Assembly (NCBI RefSeq): GCF_963921235.1
Contig: NC_086097.1
Coordinates: 63,490,001-63,554,000, forward strand
Direction of reading: 5' to 3'
Length of the DNA: 64,000 nt
Source: Mobula hypostoma
Taxonomy: Eukaryota
Position numbers and translations under genes: made by a program. The notes beneath the pieces are model-generated. The model saw only the letters and a program-made list of their open reading frames with translations, had not been told where the DNA came from and made no database searches. Positions 1 to 12,959 of the stretch are shown here, piece after piece. Positions within the stretch are counted from its first letter, which is position 1; each line of letters opens with the position of its first letter.

Positions 1-269
1 ACTCAGCTCTGGAATTTAACCAGGCGTCTGATGCTCTAGGGAAACCAAAAGTGGATGTAAATCAAATTTCAAGTTTAAGTTCATTGTCACAGGCATACAA
101 ACCCAGGATATAAATTCCACGGAAGTTCCCTTTTAGCAGCAGCAGTACTGGTTGTTGGTGAGAAAGTGCCTCTAGACAGCACAATCGATGATTGCTTCCG
201 TCACTTAAGGACTGACTGATTGGGTAGTAAGCAGCTAAATTAAGTTTTGTCCTGCTTTCTGAGAGCAAG

Positions 270-1240
270 ATTTACCTGAGAATGTAGATGGGTGGATGTT
301 TTAAATGCACTGGATCAGCTTGATCAGAGCGGCAGATTATTCTGGAACGCAGCTGTTCAGTACAACAGCTGGGATGTTGTCTGGTCCCATAGCCTTTATT
401 GTACCAGTGCTCTCGGCTTTTCCTTGATATCAAGAGTGGTGATTTGAATTTCCTAGAGCATACCTTCTGAAATGGTGGGGAGGAAGCCAAGATCTTAATA
501 ATTATAAAAATTATTAACCATTTAATTGTCCATGACATTAATGACCAGATGTGATAGAACTTTAGAGCTTTGACCTGATCTGTAGATTGTGCCTTTGTTT
601 AGCTCTGTGCTGTTTTTGGTGTTTAGCATACATGTAGTTCAGACTTGAAGCTTCATTAGGCTGACACCTCAGCATATTTGCACGTGTGCTCCCAGCATAC
701 CCTTCTGCAGTCTTCATTGCTTGATCCCCTTACTTGATAGTAATGGAGAGTGAGAGATATTCTGCACCACAAGGTTACAGACGCTGTTAGTATACATTTC
801 TGCTGCTGTTAGTGCCCATAGTGTCTGATCAACAATGAATTTTGAGCTACCAGATCTGTTCCAAGTCCACCTCATTTAGCACAATTATAGTGTCACACAA
901 CATAATGGAGGGTGTTCTTTGGGACTGTCTCCACAAGGACGTCTTCATCAATGAATGAATCAGCCACTTGTTAATTTATGGGCAAAGGTCACATAGGGCC
1001 TATCTATAGTGTTGCTTTATTCACCACATGCCACAGACACTGTCTGCAAGCAACTGTATGTCCTTCAGGACTCGGCCTGCTTGGCCTTTGGCAGTGCTAC
1101 CGAGTGCTTCTTAGCAACCAGACAATGAAGTCCCCACCCAAGGTATGTAATGCTCTGCCAACTTTCATGGCTTCTTCCAAGTGTTGTTTAATGTGGAGGA
1201 GCACTAGTCAGGAGGAGATAGCCTTGCTGCAGGTCTGTCC
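270..1240 (-). mobile_element. Highly decayed CR1/L2-group LINE ORF2 fragment
   Basis: Frameshifted minus-strand sequence near 330-430 resembles the LINE 'KAxGPDxIPxxxLKxCAxEL' region. Boundaries approximate. Confidence 0.4.
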
Positions 1241-3449
1241 AGCTGATGGGATATAGACATGCCTAGGGATCGGAATGGAGGTGTCTTGCATAGTATCTGT
1301 AAAGTACAATTCTGTAAGATGTCAGAAGGCTAGGTACAGTACAATGACAGCCAGCCCCCGGGGTTACATATTATCCCTTTCCTGAGAATTGACCATGAGC
1401 CGATTCCTCAGGAAGTGAGAAATGCCCATTTCTAGTTTTACCCATATGATATGAAATACTATGAATCTCCAGAATACTTGCATCCAGAAATATAATGGAG
1501 CAGCCTGATGTTCTTCTGCAGTCTACAGAGATTGGATTACATTGACATGTCCAATTTTGATGTGTAAGTCAATGCTAAGAGGTCAACTGATGTTACCCTT
1601 TCTCTGTTAGAATGTCACAGTAATGCTCCAACCAAGCAGGGTGCTAAGCAATTTGATCCTTGATCCTTTAGAAGCCAAATAAGAGTCAATGGCATAGTCA
1701 ATTGTACTGGAATGGAAGCCATAATCAAATTTCTAATTCAAAATGTTTATTAGGCCCATAAATCAAAATGGTCACTGTTTCCAAGTTGGAATTGAAATTT
1801 TCCAAGTCTACTTGTGCTCTTTCTTATCCTGTCAGAGAATAGCTCCACTTTGGATGAAGTAACTATTATTGTTGAATAGCTGACAGCGTGCACGCTGTGG
1901 GAAGTGAGTATGAGGTGTAAGGCAGTACTAAAGTGTGTGAGGGGACGGTAGATTATCTGAGTGTTGAATATATCCTATGTAACAGACATAGTTAGCAGGT
2001 AAGTGATGAGGATAAGATGAATTAAACTACATCTAAGCTTGCAGTGATAGGGTATGTAACTTAAAGAGCAGCTGCAGTTATTTTTACTGGTATATCATAT
2101 TAGCATTGCACCCATGTTCACAAATTGACCAAAATTAATTCCATAGGATATTGACAGGTGACATACCGCAAATAATTTGCATTTTCTAAGGAAATCACTC
2201 ATTTGATTTTTTTAAACAGCATTTCTCTCCTTGTAAAATGCTAACTAGTACCAATAATATAATGTGCAAAGAGAATAACTCATTCATGCTTACAACTATT
2301 TGCTTTCTATTTTGTCATGAAGTAAGGCATTATCCAAAGAATACCTCTGAACTGTTCCAGAGACCTTCCACAATTATATAAATAACCCAGTTGAGTTTTC
2401 CAGTCACCTGGGAGTTAATGGTAGGAAGGAAGGAGCAAAGTTCAGAGAAGATTAGGCATATTTTAGTTGGAGATGCTAATGTTCTGATTTTTGAGAGAGA
2501 CCAAAGTTAACAACCACAATAAAATGTACCATCCGCTTTTATACTTCAATTAAAACGTTGTATTACAATATTATGCTTTCTGTCCTCTGTTCCTGTTATC
2601 TGGATAAAACTTTGTTAGAAAATATTTCTGTACTTTCTCCATTGCTGGCTTCAGACCTGACTTATAATTTAAATCACAGGTCTCTGGAGATACTTGCAGT
2701 AAGGCACCAACCATCAACATCCCATTGATCCTGGAACAAAACATTCTCATTGTCTACAGGAATGCCAATAAGGCCATGGAGACTCATGACCAGATTGAAG
2801 ACCTAGGACAAAATCAAGGGCTTCTACAGGTACTTGGAGGAAGAGGAGGTGAAATCAATATCTTCTCCTTCCTTTCTGGGCATTTATAACAGATCTTAAG
2901 GCATATGCATATGCAGTTCAGTAATCTGAGAAAATTATTGCAGGAAAATGAAAATATAAGCTAATATCTGTATTTCAGGTAACTAAATCACTACCTCGAC
3001 TACCTTGGAGAAGCCCAGCAATACTCACCAGAGATTCATTATCATCAGTAAATAATGCACACCCACACTGGCATGAGAGGCTTTACTAACTGTTAAATGG
3101 CCAACAATTCTCGAGGAAGTTCCAGAAATAGAAGGAGAAACTTGAGAAAGTAAAAGAAGAGGAGGAGGAACAGAAGAGCACATGTATATATACACCTTGA
3201 TGGACTCCATTTGAAACCAACAAACATAATCACAATATCACCCCACCAAATATCTTGGTGTAACCTGCTCTCTATTGCCAACTTTCACTGCATCTGCTTA
3301 GTGACACTGGTAATACCCAACAAAGTAGGCACAACTGAACCAACATACATCAAGCAACAGAAATTCTGTAGATGCTGGAAATTCAAGCAACACACATCAA
3401 AGTTGCTGGTGAACGCAGCAGGCCAGGCAGCATCTCTAGGAAGAGGTGC

Positions 3450-3485
3450 AGTCGACGTTTCGGGCCAAGACCCTTCGTCAGGACT
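3450..3485 (-). ncRNA. Minimal type I hammerhead ribozyme, intact core
   Basis: Minus strand reads agtc CTGACGA agggtcttggccc GAAA CGTC gact. Confidence 0.8.
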
Positions 3486-3565
3486 AACTGAAGGAAGAGT
3501 TAGTAAGAGATTTGAAAGTGGGAGGGGGAGATCCAAAGTGGTAGGAGAAGACAGGAGGGGAAGGG

Positions 3566-4108
3566 ATGGAGATCCCACCACTAAGCACGTCTTTCCCTCC
3601 CCCCCCCCAGCTTTCCGCAGGGATCGCTCCCTACGCGACTCCCTTGTCCATTCATCCCCCCCCCCCATCCCTCCCCACTGATCTCCCTCCTGGCACTTAT
3701 CCTTGTAAGCAGAACAAGTGCTACACATGCCCTTACACTTCCTCCCTTACCACCATTCAGGGCCCCAGACAGTCCTTCCAGGTGAGGCAACACTTCACCT
3801 GTGAGTCGGCTGGGGTGATATACTGCGTCCGGTGCTCCCAATCTGGCCTTCTACATATTGGCGAGACCCGGCGCAGACTGGGAAACCGCTTTGCTGAACA
3901 CCTACGCTCTGTCCGCCAGAGAAAGCAGGATCTCCCAGTGGTCACACATTTTATTTCCACATCCCATTCCCATTCTGACATGTCTATCCACAGCCTCCTC
4001 TACTGTAAAGATGAAGCCACACTCAGGTTGGAGGAACAACACCTTATATTCCGTCTGGGTAGCCTCCAACCTGATGGCATGAACGTTGACTTCTCTAACT
4101 TCCGCTGA
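3566..4108 (+). pseudogene. Penelope-like Cys linker plus GIY-YIG endonuclease domain fragment
   Basis: PCKQNKCYTC Cys motif, GVIYCVRC...HIGETRRRLGNRFAEH, LEEQHLIFRLGSLQPDGMN. Confidence 0.85.
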
Positions 4109-4395
4109 TGCCCCACCTCCCCCTTGTACCCCATCCGTTATTTGTTTTTATACACACATTCTTTCTCTCACTCTCCTTTTTCTCCCTCTGTCCCTCTCAC
4201 TATACCCCTTGCCCATCCTCTGGGTCCCCCACCCCTTGTCTTTCTCCCCGGACCTCCTGTCCCATGATCCTCTCATATCCCCTTTGCCAATCACCTGTCC
4301 AGCTCTTGGCTCCATCCCTCCCCCTCCTGTCTTCTCCTATCATTTTGGATCTCCCCCTCCCACTTTCAAATCTCTTACTAACTCTTCCTTCAGTT

Positions 4396-4431
4396 AGTCT
4401 TGACGAAGGGTCTCGGCCTGAAACGTCGACT
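4396..4431 (+). ncRNA. Hammerhead copy with mutated core (TTGACGA)
   Basis: agtc TTGACGA agggtctcggcct GAAA CGTC gact; C>T at the first core position. Confidence 0.65.
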
Positions 4432-5339
4432 GTACCTCTTCCTAGAGATGCTGCCTGGCCTGCTGCATTCACCAGCAACTTTGATGTGTGTTGCAACATA
4501 CATCAAGCCTTGCCAAATATTAACTAATCACCCTTGAGCATATCTTGAGCAGCTTCTTTCCATGTACCTTTTGTTATCCTATTTCTCTTAACCAGTGATT
4601 CGTCAGTGGGTATAACTCAGTTCATAGAAAATTGCTGACTTGTAATTGTGGAGACCACAGGTGGCCTTGTAAGACTTCCTTAGGCAGCTCTGGAGCTTGA
4701 AGACCTGTCTCAAACAGGACATATAGCCATGGTTGATAGCAGTCTGCATCGCCTGGCTGTAGGGCAACATCAAGGACACAGAAGGACTGGAAAAGATTGC
4801 TATCCTAAAAAACAAAGGTCAGGAAATTATTGCTTGACTGAGTCATTGTCTCTTTCCCATGGTAATCCTAGTAATCTGTTGCAGCAAAGATTGTTGCGAT
4901 CCAATCAGAGAGATTGGGTAATTTCTACTTTTAGAGCAATGTTGGCTGACTTATTGGCCATCAGCCACAGCATTAGCTCCTCAGTCCTGATAATGGCTTA
5001 CCTACCATTTCCAGATTGAAAACGCTGTGCAAAATCTTAGATGCTCATGGACACTGTACACAGATTTTTGGGCATGTCTGATAATTTATTAATGATTTCA
5101 ATGGATATGTTAATGTATTCTCCAGTACGTGTGTTGTAATCCCTAAGGCATTGGAGTCTGGGCTGTCTTTCCATTTGCTCTGTCTGCAGAACATTCAGAG
5201 TAATATCTATTAAGCAAGCCTGTGTCTTTGTGCCAATATTTGAATTGAAATCTGGGTGATTAATTGACAAAGTGTGTTCCAGTTCTTTCCTACTGATGCC
5301 ATCAGAAGTGTCTATTAAAAGGTGAAGAAGGGACATCCT

Positions 5340-5498
5340 AAAAAGAGTGATATCCAAAGGGATCAGCGGGTATGGAGAGAAGGCAGGTACAGGGTTCTGA
5401 GTTGGATGATCAGCCATGATCATACTGAATGACGGTGCAGGCTCGAAGGGCCGAATGGCCTACTCCTGCACCTATTTTCTATGTTTCTATGTTTCTAT
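5340..5498 (+). mobile_element. CR1 LINE 3' end
   Basis: gggccgaatggcctactcctgcacctattt followed by a (ctatgttt)n tail. Confidence 0.75.
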
Positions 5499-6299
5499 CC
5501 TCAATGGTGTCAAGCATCCCACCGGCCACACTTTAAATACAGCTACTTGATTAATAAGGGTGAGGTATCCCCTGCCAGTTTCTAATATTGTTAATGATTT
5601 TGTTGTTTGAGAGAAAGAGAAAGCTGTGTGGTGTGTTTTGTAATATGTTGTGGTAATAAATATGTCATGATTGAATGCAATGTGATCAAGCTTTGAAACA
5701 ACTTTGCCACATAAAAGATGCAGAGTAATCTAGGAAAGTTAGAGATTTATATCCATTTTACAGAATTGTATCAGAAGGTGAGTGAAGGCAGTGTAGTGCA
5801 TTAAGTAGTTCTTAAGGTTAGCTGTTCAGTTAGTGCATCATGGCGTAGGAAAATGCACTCACCAGCATCTTGGCTGAGTGTCATTTCTACACTAATTCCT
5901 ATTTGTTATTAAGCAACAGAAAGCTTCACTGTTGAGAAGTGCAGACAGACTTTAAACAGGGCAGGAGCATTCACTGATAAATGGTGCTCTCAATATTGGG
6001 CTTGTAGTAATCAATTTAAAAATGTGGTTGCCATTGCCTACATTACCATTATGTTACTAAAGCAGCAACAGAAAGTTTGCATTCTGCTGCGGCAGTCCAA
6101 AGGGCCCCAAGTCAATTATCATCATTAGGCTCTTTTTCCAGTGCTGTACAAGTTCCTTATCACAGCTTTGTGTAAAAAAAAAGTTGCTTTATTCAATTTG
6201 CTTCAACATCCTTTGATATTTCAACTTTGATAAATCGACTTAGTGATCTATAGATTTCACAATCTTATGAAGGACTCAGTGGACTTAACTCGCAAGCAA

Positions 6300-8818
6300 A
6301 CTGGTATGGCATTTTTAAGCAGATGAAGGTTTACCGCCATGACGGGACGCGAGGCAGGGGTGGGGGGGGGGGAGAGCTCTAAGCCAGGGTGAAAAGCAAA
6401 AGGATGAAACCCCCTCTACCCAGTATCTTGTTAGCAAATGTGCAGTCGCTGGAGAACAAACTTGAGGACCTGAGGGCAAGATTGCTGTATTGAAGGGAGA
6501 TGAGAGATTGTTGTGGTCTATGTTGGAGCTAGACATGGCTTACCTCCAGCACTCCAGACATGGCAATCAGACTCAAAGGCTTCTCTATTCACAGAATGGA
6601 CCAAATTGCCAATTTGGAAAAGCCATAAGGAAGAGGTGAGTGTTTCATAAGAAACTCTTATTGGTGCTCCAATGTGGTGGTTTTGTCAAACTCATGTCCC
6701 CCCAACATTGAACACCTAATGGTCAAATGCTGTCTATTCTATTTACCTAGGAAGTTCTTCTCCATAATCCTGATGGCAGTTTACATACCACCAGCAGCCA
6801 ACAATAATCAAGCATTTAGATACTGCATGATGCAGTCTCAAAACAAGAAACAGTGAATCCCAACGAATTCCAAATCATGGTTGGGGAATTCAAGCTGGCT
6901 TGTTTGAATAAAAACCTGCTCAATTACCATCAGCATATAACCTGCAGCACCACAGGTCCAAGCACACTAGACCACTCTAATATTAAGACAAGAAATGCTT
7001 ACCATTCCATGCCCAGACCGCATTACAGTAAATCTGATCACTTGGCTCTCCTTCTCCTGCCTGCATACAGCAGGGGCTAAAGAGTAAAGTTCCAGAGATT
7101 AGGACAACAAGAGGGGGTTTTGAGAGGCAAAGGAGCAGCTATGGGATTGTTTCAAAATGATAGACTGGGCCTTGTTCAAGGACTCATCTGTGGATCTGAA
7201 TGAATGCACTATGGTTGTCATGGACTTTATTAAAGCAGTTGTAGGTGCTCTGGATGAGCCATGAGATCCACAGTCTGCTGAGGGCCAGATCAGAGACATT
7301 CAAGTCCGGCAAAGACTAAGAAAGTTACAAGAGATCCAACTATGATCTCCAGAAAGCCATCTCACAAGTCAGTGGTAATACTGGACTAAACTTGAATCAA
7401 TGAAGGATGCTCAACAGTTGTGGCAGGGCTTGAATGCTATTACCTCCTAATCAAGCAACACAGGTGACAACAGGGCTTCACTTTCAGATGAACTCAATGC
7501 CTTCAGAACTTCAAAACGTGAATGAGCCTTCACGAACTCCCACAGTCCCTGATGCTCCTTTGATTTCAGTCTCTGAGGTGGACATGTGTGCAGCCTTCAG
7601 GAGGGTGAAACCACAAAAAGCATCCAACCCAGATGAGGTACATGGCCAAGTACTAACGACCTGTGCTGATCAACTGGCTGAGGTGTTCACTGAGAGCTTT
7701 AACCTCTCTCTTTGGCTGCTTCAAGTAGGCTTCAGTTATACTGGTGGCTAAGGAAAATATAGTGACCTACCTCATGACTACCCAGCAGCACTTACATTCA
7801 CAGTGATGAAGAGTTTTGAGAGGTCGGTGATGAAACACATCAACTCCTACCTGAGATGTGACTTGGATCTGTTCCAATTTACCTACTGGAGCAACAGGTC
7901 CACAGCAGATGCTATCTCATTGTCTCTTCACTCAACCCTGGAACATCTGGACTACAGCTCAGCATTCAAAACTATGATCCCCTCAAAACTAATCAATAAG
8001 CTTCAAGGCTTTGGCCTCAGTGCCTCTTTGTGCAATTGGATCCTCAATTTCCTCACTTGCAGACCCCAGCCAGTTGGGATTGGCAACAACATCTCCTAAA
8101 CAATCTCCATCAGCACAGGTGCACCACAAGGCTGTGTGCTTAGCCCTCTGCTCTACTTGCTTTGCAGTCATGATTGTGGGGCTAAGCACAGCTCCAATGC
8201 CATATTGACGTTTGCTAATAACACCACTGTTGAAGACTGAATCAAAGATTGTGATGAATCAGCAGATAGGAGGGAGATGGAAAATCTGGCTCAGCAGTGC
8301 CACAACAACAACCTCTTACTCAATATCAGCAAGACCAAGGAGTTAATTATTGTCCTCAGGAAGGGGAAATCAGAGATCCATGAGCCAGTCCTCAATGGGG
8401 GAATCAGATGTGGAGATGGCCAGCAACATTAAATTCCTCAGTGTTATTATTTTGGAGGACCTGTCCTGGGCCCAGAATGTAAGTGTAATTATGAAGAAAG
8501 CACTGCAACTTCTCTACTTCCTTAGGAGTTGGCGAAGATTTGGCATAACATCTGAAACTTTGATAAACTTCTAAAGATGTGTGGTGGAGAGTATATTGAC
8601 TGGCTGCATCACAGCCTGGTATAGAAACACCATTTCCCTCGAAAGAAAATCCTACAAAAAATGGTGGATATGACCCAGTCGATCACAGGTAAAGCCCTTC
8701 CCACCATTGAGTACGACTACACGAGGTGTTGTCGCAGGAAAGTAGCATCCATCATCAGGGACCCCCACCACCCAGACCATGCTCTTTTCCCACTGCTGCC
8801 AACAGGATGAAGGTACAG
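6300..8818 (+). mobile_element. Old Rex1/Babar-type LINE, decayed ORF2 (APE and RT); its 3' part continues at about 10215-10344 and 11784-12020
   Basis: Fragments [40 protein letters not shown] with many stops and frameshifts. Confidence 0.8.
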
Positions 8819-10209
8819 ATCTACATCCACCTGGACAAGCCAGCAAGCACTGTGAGGGTCATGTTTTTTGACTTCTGCAGTGCGTTCAACACCATCCGCC
8901 CTGCTCTGCTGGGGGAGAAGCTGACAGCGATGCAGGTGGATGCTTCCCTGGTATCATGGATTCTTGATTACCTGACTGACAGACCACAGTACGTGTGCTT
9001 GCAACACTGTGTGTCCGACAGAGTGATCAGCAGCACTGGGGCTCCACAGGGGACTGTCTTGTCTCCCTTTCTCTTCACCATTTACACCTCGGACTTCAAC
9101 TACTGCACAGAGTCTTGTCATCTTCAGAAGTTTTTGGATGACTCTGCCATAGTTGGATGCATCAGCAAGGGAGATGAGGTTGAGTACAGGGCTACTGTAG
9201 GAAACTTTGTCACATGGTGTGAGCAGAATTATCTGCAGCTTAATGTGAAAAAGACTAAGGAGCTGGTGGTAGACCTGAGGAGAGCTAAGGTACCAGTGAC
9301 CCCTATTTCCATCCAGGGGGTCAGTGTGGACATGGTGGAGGATTACAAATACCTGGGGATACGAATTGACAATAAACTGGACTGGTCAAAGAACACTGAG
9401 GCTGTCTACAAGAAGGGTCAGAGCCGTCTCTATTTCCTAAGGAGACTGAGGTCCTCTAACACTCACAACACGCTGGAGGAACTCAGCAGGTCGGGCAGAA
9501 TCCGTGGAAAAGATTGGTCGACGTTTTGGGCCGGAGCCCTTCATCAGGATCGGCCCGAAACGTCGACCGATCTTTTCCACGGATGCTGCCCGACCTGCTG
9601 AGTTCCTCCAGCGTGTTGTGAGTGTTGCTTTGACACCAGCATCTGCAGATTATTTTGTGCTTGAGGTCCTTTAACATCTGCCGGACGACGCTGAGGAGGT
9701 TCTACGAGTCTGTGGTGGCCAGTGCTATCGTGTTTGTTGTTGTGTGCTGGGACAGCAGGCTGAGGGTAGCAGACACCAACAGAATCAACAAACTCATTCG
9801 TAAGGCCAGTGATGTTGTTGGGATGAACTGGACTCTCTGACGGTGGTGTCTGAAAAGAGGATGCTGTCCAAGTTGCATGCCATCTTGGACAATGTCTCCC
9901 ATCCACTACATAATGTACTGGATGGGCACAGGAGTACATTCAGCCAGAGACTCATTCCACCGAGATGCAACACAGAGCGTCATAGGAAGTCATTCCTGCC
10001 TGTGGCCATCAAACTTTACAACTCCTCCCTTGGAGGGTCAGACACCCTGAGCCAACAGGCTGGTGCTGGACTTATTTCATAATTTACTGGCATAATTTAC
10101 ATATTATTATTTAACTATTTATGGTTTTATTACTATTTATTATTTATGGTGCAACTGTAACAAAAACCAATTTCCCCCGGGATCAATAAAGTATGACTAT
10201 GACTACGAC
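8819..10209 (+). mobile_element. Younger 5'-truncated Rex1-type LINE nested in the older one
   Basis: RT ORF (FFDFCSAFNTI, GAPQGTVLSPFLF, KFLDDSAI, KYLG), aataaa plus (tatgac)n tail, 5-bp TSD tacag at 8814-8818 and 10210-10214. Confidence 0.85.
9462..9661. mobile_element. About 200-bp fold-back insertion derived from a Penelope terminal repeat
   Basis: Inverted arms at about 9458-9533 and 9550-9626. 15-bp TSD tgaggtcct(c/t)taaca at 9447-9461 and 9662-9676. Interrupts the Rex1 ORF at RRLRS/RSFNIC. Confidence 0.85.
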
Positions 10210-10445
10210 TACAGGAGCCTCAGGACTTACACCACCAGGTTCAGGAACAGTTACTACCCCTCAACCATCAAGCTCTTGAACCAGAGGGGATAACTTCACT
10301 CAACTTCACTTGCCCATCATTAAAATATTCTCACAATCTATGGATGCAAACATGAGGAAATCTGCAGATGCTGGAAATTCAAGCAATACACATAAAAAAT
10401 GCTGGTGAACGCAGCAGGCCAAGCAGGAACTATAGGAAGAGGTAC

Positions 10446-10481
10446 AGTCAACGTTTCAGGCCGAGACCCTTCATCAGGACT
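10446..10481 (-). ncRNA. Minimal hammerhead ribozyme (GUU triplet)
   Basis: Minus strand reads agtc CTGATGA agggtctcggcct GAAA CGTT gact. Confidence 0.75.
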
Positions 10482-11674
10482 AACTGAAAGAAGAGATTTG
10501 AAAGTGGGAAGGAGAGGGGGATATCTGAAATGATAGGAGAAGACAGGAGAGGGAGGGATGGAGCCAAGAGCTGGAAAGTTGATTGGCAAAAGGGATATAA
10601 GGCTAGAGAAGGGAGAGGATCATGGGACAGGAGGCCTAGGGAGAAAGAAAGGGGGAGGGGGGGGTGAAGCCCAGAGGATGGGCAAGGAGTTATAGTGAGA
10701 GGGACAGAGGGAGAAAAAAGAGAGGGAAAAAAAGGGAAAAGAAAAAGCTTATTAATAATAAATAAATAAGGGATGTGGTACGAAGGGGAGGTGGGGCATT
10801 AACGGAAGTTAGAGAAGTCAATGTTCATGCCATCAGGTTGGAGGCTACCCAGACGGAATATAAGGAGTGTGGCTTCATCTTTACAGTAGAGGAGGCCGTG
10901 GATAGACATGTCAGAATGGGAATGGGACATGGAATTGAAATGTGTGGCCACTGGGAGATCCTGTTTTCTCTGGCAGACAGAGCGTAGGTGTTCAGCGGAA
11001 CGGTCTCCCAGCCTACGTCTGGTCTCGCTAATATATAGAAGGCCGCATCAGGAGCACCGGACGCAGTATATCACACCAGCCGACTCACAGGTGAAGTGTT
11101 GCCTCACCTGGAAGGACTGTCTGGAGCCCTGAATGATGATGAGGGAGGAAGTGTAAGGACATGTGTAGCACTTGTTCTGCTTACAAGGATAAGTGCCGGG
11201 AGGGAGATCGGTGGGAAGGGATGGGGGTGGGGGGGGGGGGAATGAATAGACAAGGGAGTCACATAGGTAGCGATCCCTGCGGAATGCAGAAAGGGGGGGA
11301 GGGAAAGATGTGCTTAGTGGTGGGATCCCATTGGAGGTGGCAAAAACTTTGACTTCTCCAACTTCCGTTAATGCCCCACCTCCCCGTCATACCCCATCCC
11401 TTATTTATTTATTATTAATTTTTTTTTCTTTCTCCTTTATTTTTCTCACTTTTTTCTCCCTCTGACCCTCTCACTATGACTCCTTGCCCATCCTCTGGGT
11501 TCCCCCCCCCCACTTTCTCCCCGTGCCTCCTGTCCCATGATCCTCTCATATCCCCTTTGCCAATCACCTGTCCAGCTCTTGGCTCCATCCCTCCCCCTCC
11601 TGTCTTCTCCTATCATTTTGGATCTCCCCCTCCCCCTCCCACTTTCAAATCTCTTACCATCTCTTCCTTCAGTT

Positions 11675-11710
11675 AGTCCTGACGAAGGGTCTCGGCCTGA
11701 AACGTCGACT
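11675..11710 (+). ncRNA. Minimal hammerhead ribozyme, intact core
   Basis: agtc CTGACGA agggtctcggcct GAAA CGTC gact. Confidence 0.82.
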
Positions 11711-12959
11711 GTACCTCTTCCTAGAGATGCTGCCTGGCCTGCTGCGTTCACCAGCAACTTTGATGTGTGTCACAGTCTATGGACTTAGTTTCAAGGACTC
11801 TTCATCTCATGTTCTCAATATTTATTGATTTTTGTTGTACTTGCTCTGTTTGTAGTCTTTTGACACTGGTTGAACACCAAAGTTGGTGCAGTCTTTCATT
11901 GATTCTATTATGATTGTTATTCTGTTATGGATTTATTGAGTATGCCCACAAGAAAATGAATCTTAGGGTTGTATATGTGACATATATGTACTTGGATAAT
12001 AAATTTGTTTTGAACTTTGAGCCTTGATATTTCTTGTCACCTGTTTTTCCTCCTTTCAGTCAGAATGCAACAGGACAGTTACGGACTTATTCCAGTTGCT
12101 GCCAATACAGTTTTGAGATTATTCAGTAATAGAAGTGTTTCTGGGTATGAAACAGATTTCACTACTGCTGTGAGGCACACAGCTCTCCAGCTTTATGACT
12201 GAATTTTTTTTAAAGCCTGCATTTAGTGTGAACTCTCTTGCCCATTTAAAATTTTATAGCTTTCTTCTTCATAAATAAATCAATATATTTATTATCTTCT
12301 CAAAGGTTCCATGTTTCTCTTTGTTTGAAATAATCTACAATAAACTGAGTCAATTTTTAAGTTCATAAAAATGATGTGTCAGTCTTAACTTGAAGTTGTT
12401 GATGCTGCTTAAACAGGGCTACTAAATAAATATGAAGATCTAATTGTTCTTTGGTGATTAGAAAAACATCTTAATTGGGTGTTCTAAGGCAAGCCAGACA
12501 AGGTATTGCATGAGGAATCTGCCACTGCAAAATTTGAGTGCACTGGAGCTCAAAGCATTGTGCATAGTAGATGAGTATTATCAGAGAAAATTCCCCATTA
12601 AGGCCTTTCCTCTGTTAGATTTGCCAAGGCAGAGCCAGTGGCAAATCTTGGGTATGTTGCTAGTCACTGATCACATCACTGCAAAGGTGATGCAATCATA
12701 GTGAAGGGAGGTTTCTGGCAGTGGGAGTTGAATAAGAATTAAGGACTGGTGGAGAACGGGGAAGTTGAGGAAATTCAAAGTCATCATCAGTTTGGAGAGC
12801 ATCAGGCTCTATATGTTACCAAGGGACAAGGGGCCGCTGATGGACCAGGTTACTTTGAGATGTAAGAGAGACCAGTGGCAAAGGACAAATTCATAAGTCC
12901 ACTGCCTGCTAGTTCTGAACATCAGACTGGAATCTACATAGGCATTGAAGTATGCATTA

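Larger units (their letters stand above)
3356..4493 (+). mobile_element. Penelope-like element (Neptune-type), 5'-truncated, with an inverted terminal segment (about 3356-3570 on the minus strand)
   Basis: GIY-YIG ORF. Terminal repeat present in both orientations. 15-bp TSD caacatacatcaagc at 3341-3355 and 4494-4508. Confidence 0.9.
10345..11769 (-). mobile_element. Penelope-like element, fold-back: minus arm about 10345-11349 (with GIY-YIG remnant) and plus arm about 11350-11769
   Basis: Same family as 3356-4493. 14-bp TSD tcaca(a/g)tctatgga at 10331-10344 and 11770-11783. Confidence 0.88.

Noticed and set aside
3211..4527. Recurrent ORFs containing SPDEGSRPETST or VDVSGRDPSSG (also near 11500, 17100, 51100, 51900 and 56900)
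   Set aside because: Translations of the non-coding Penelope terminal repeat and hammerhead, not a protein family.
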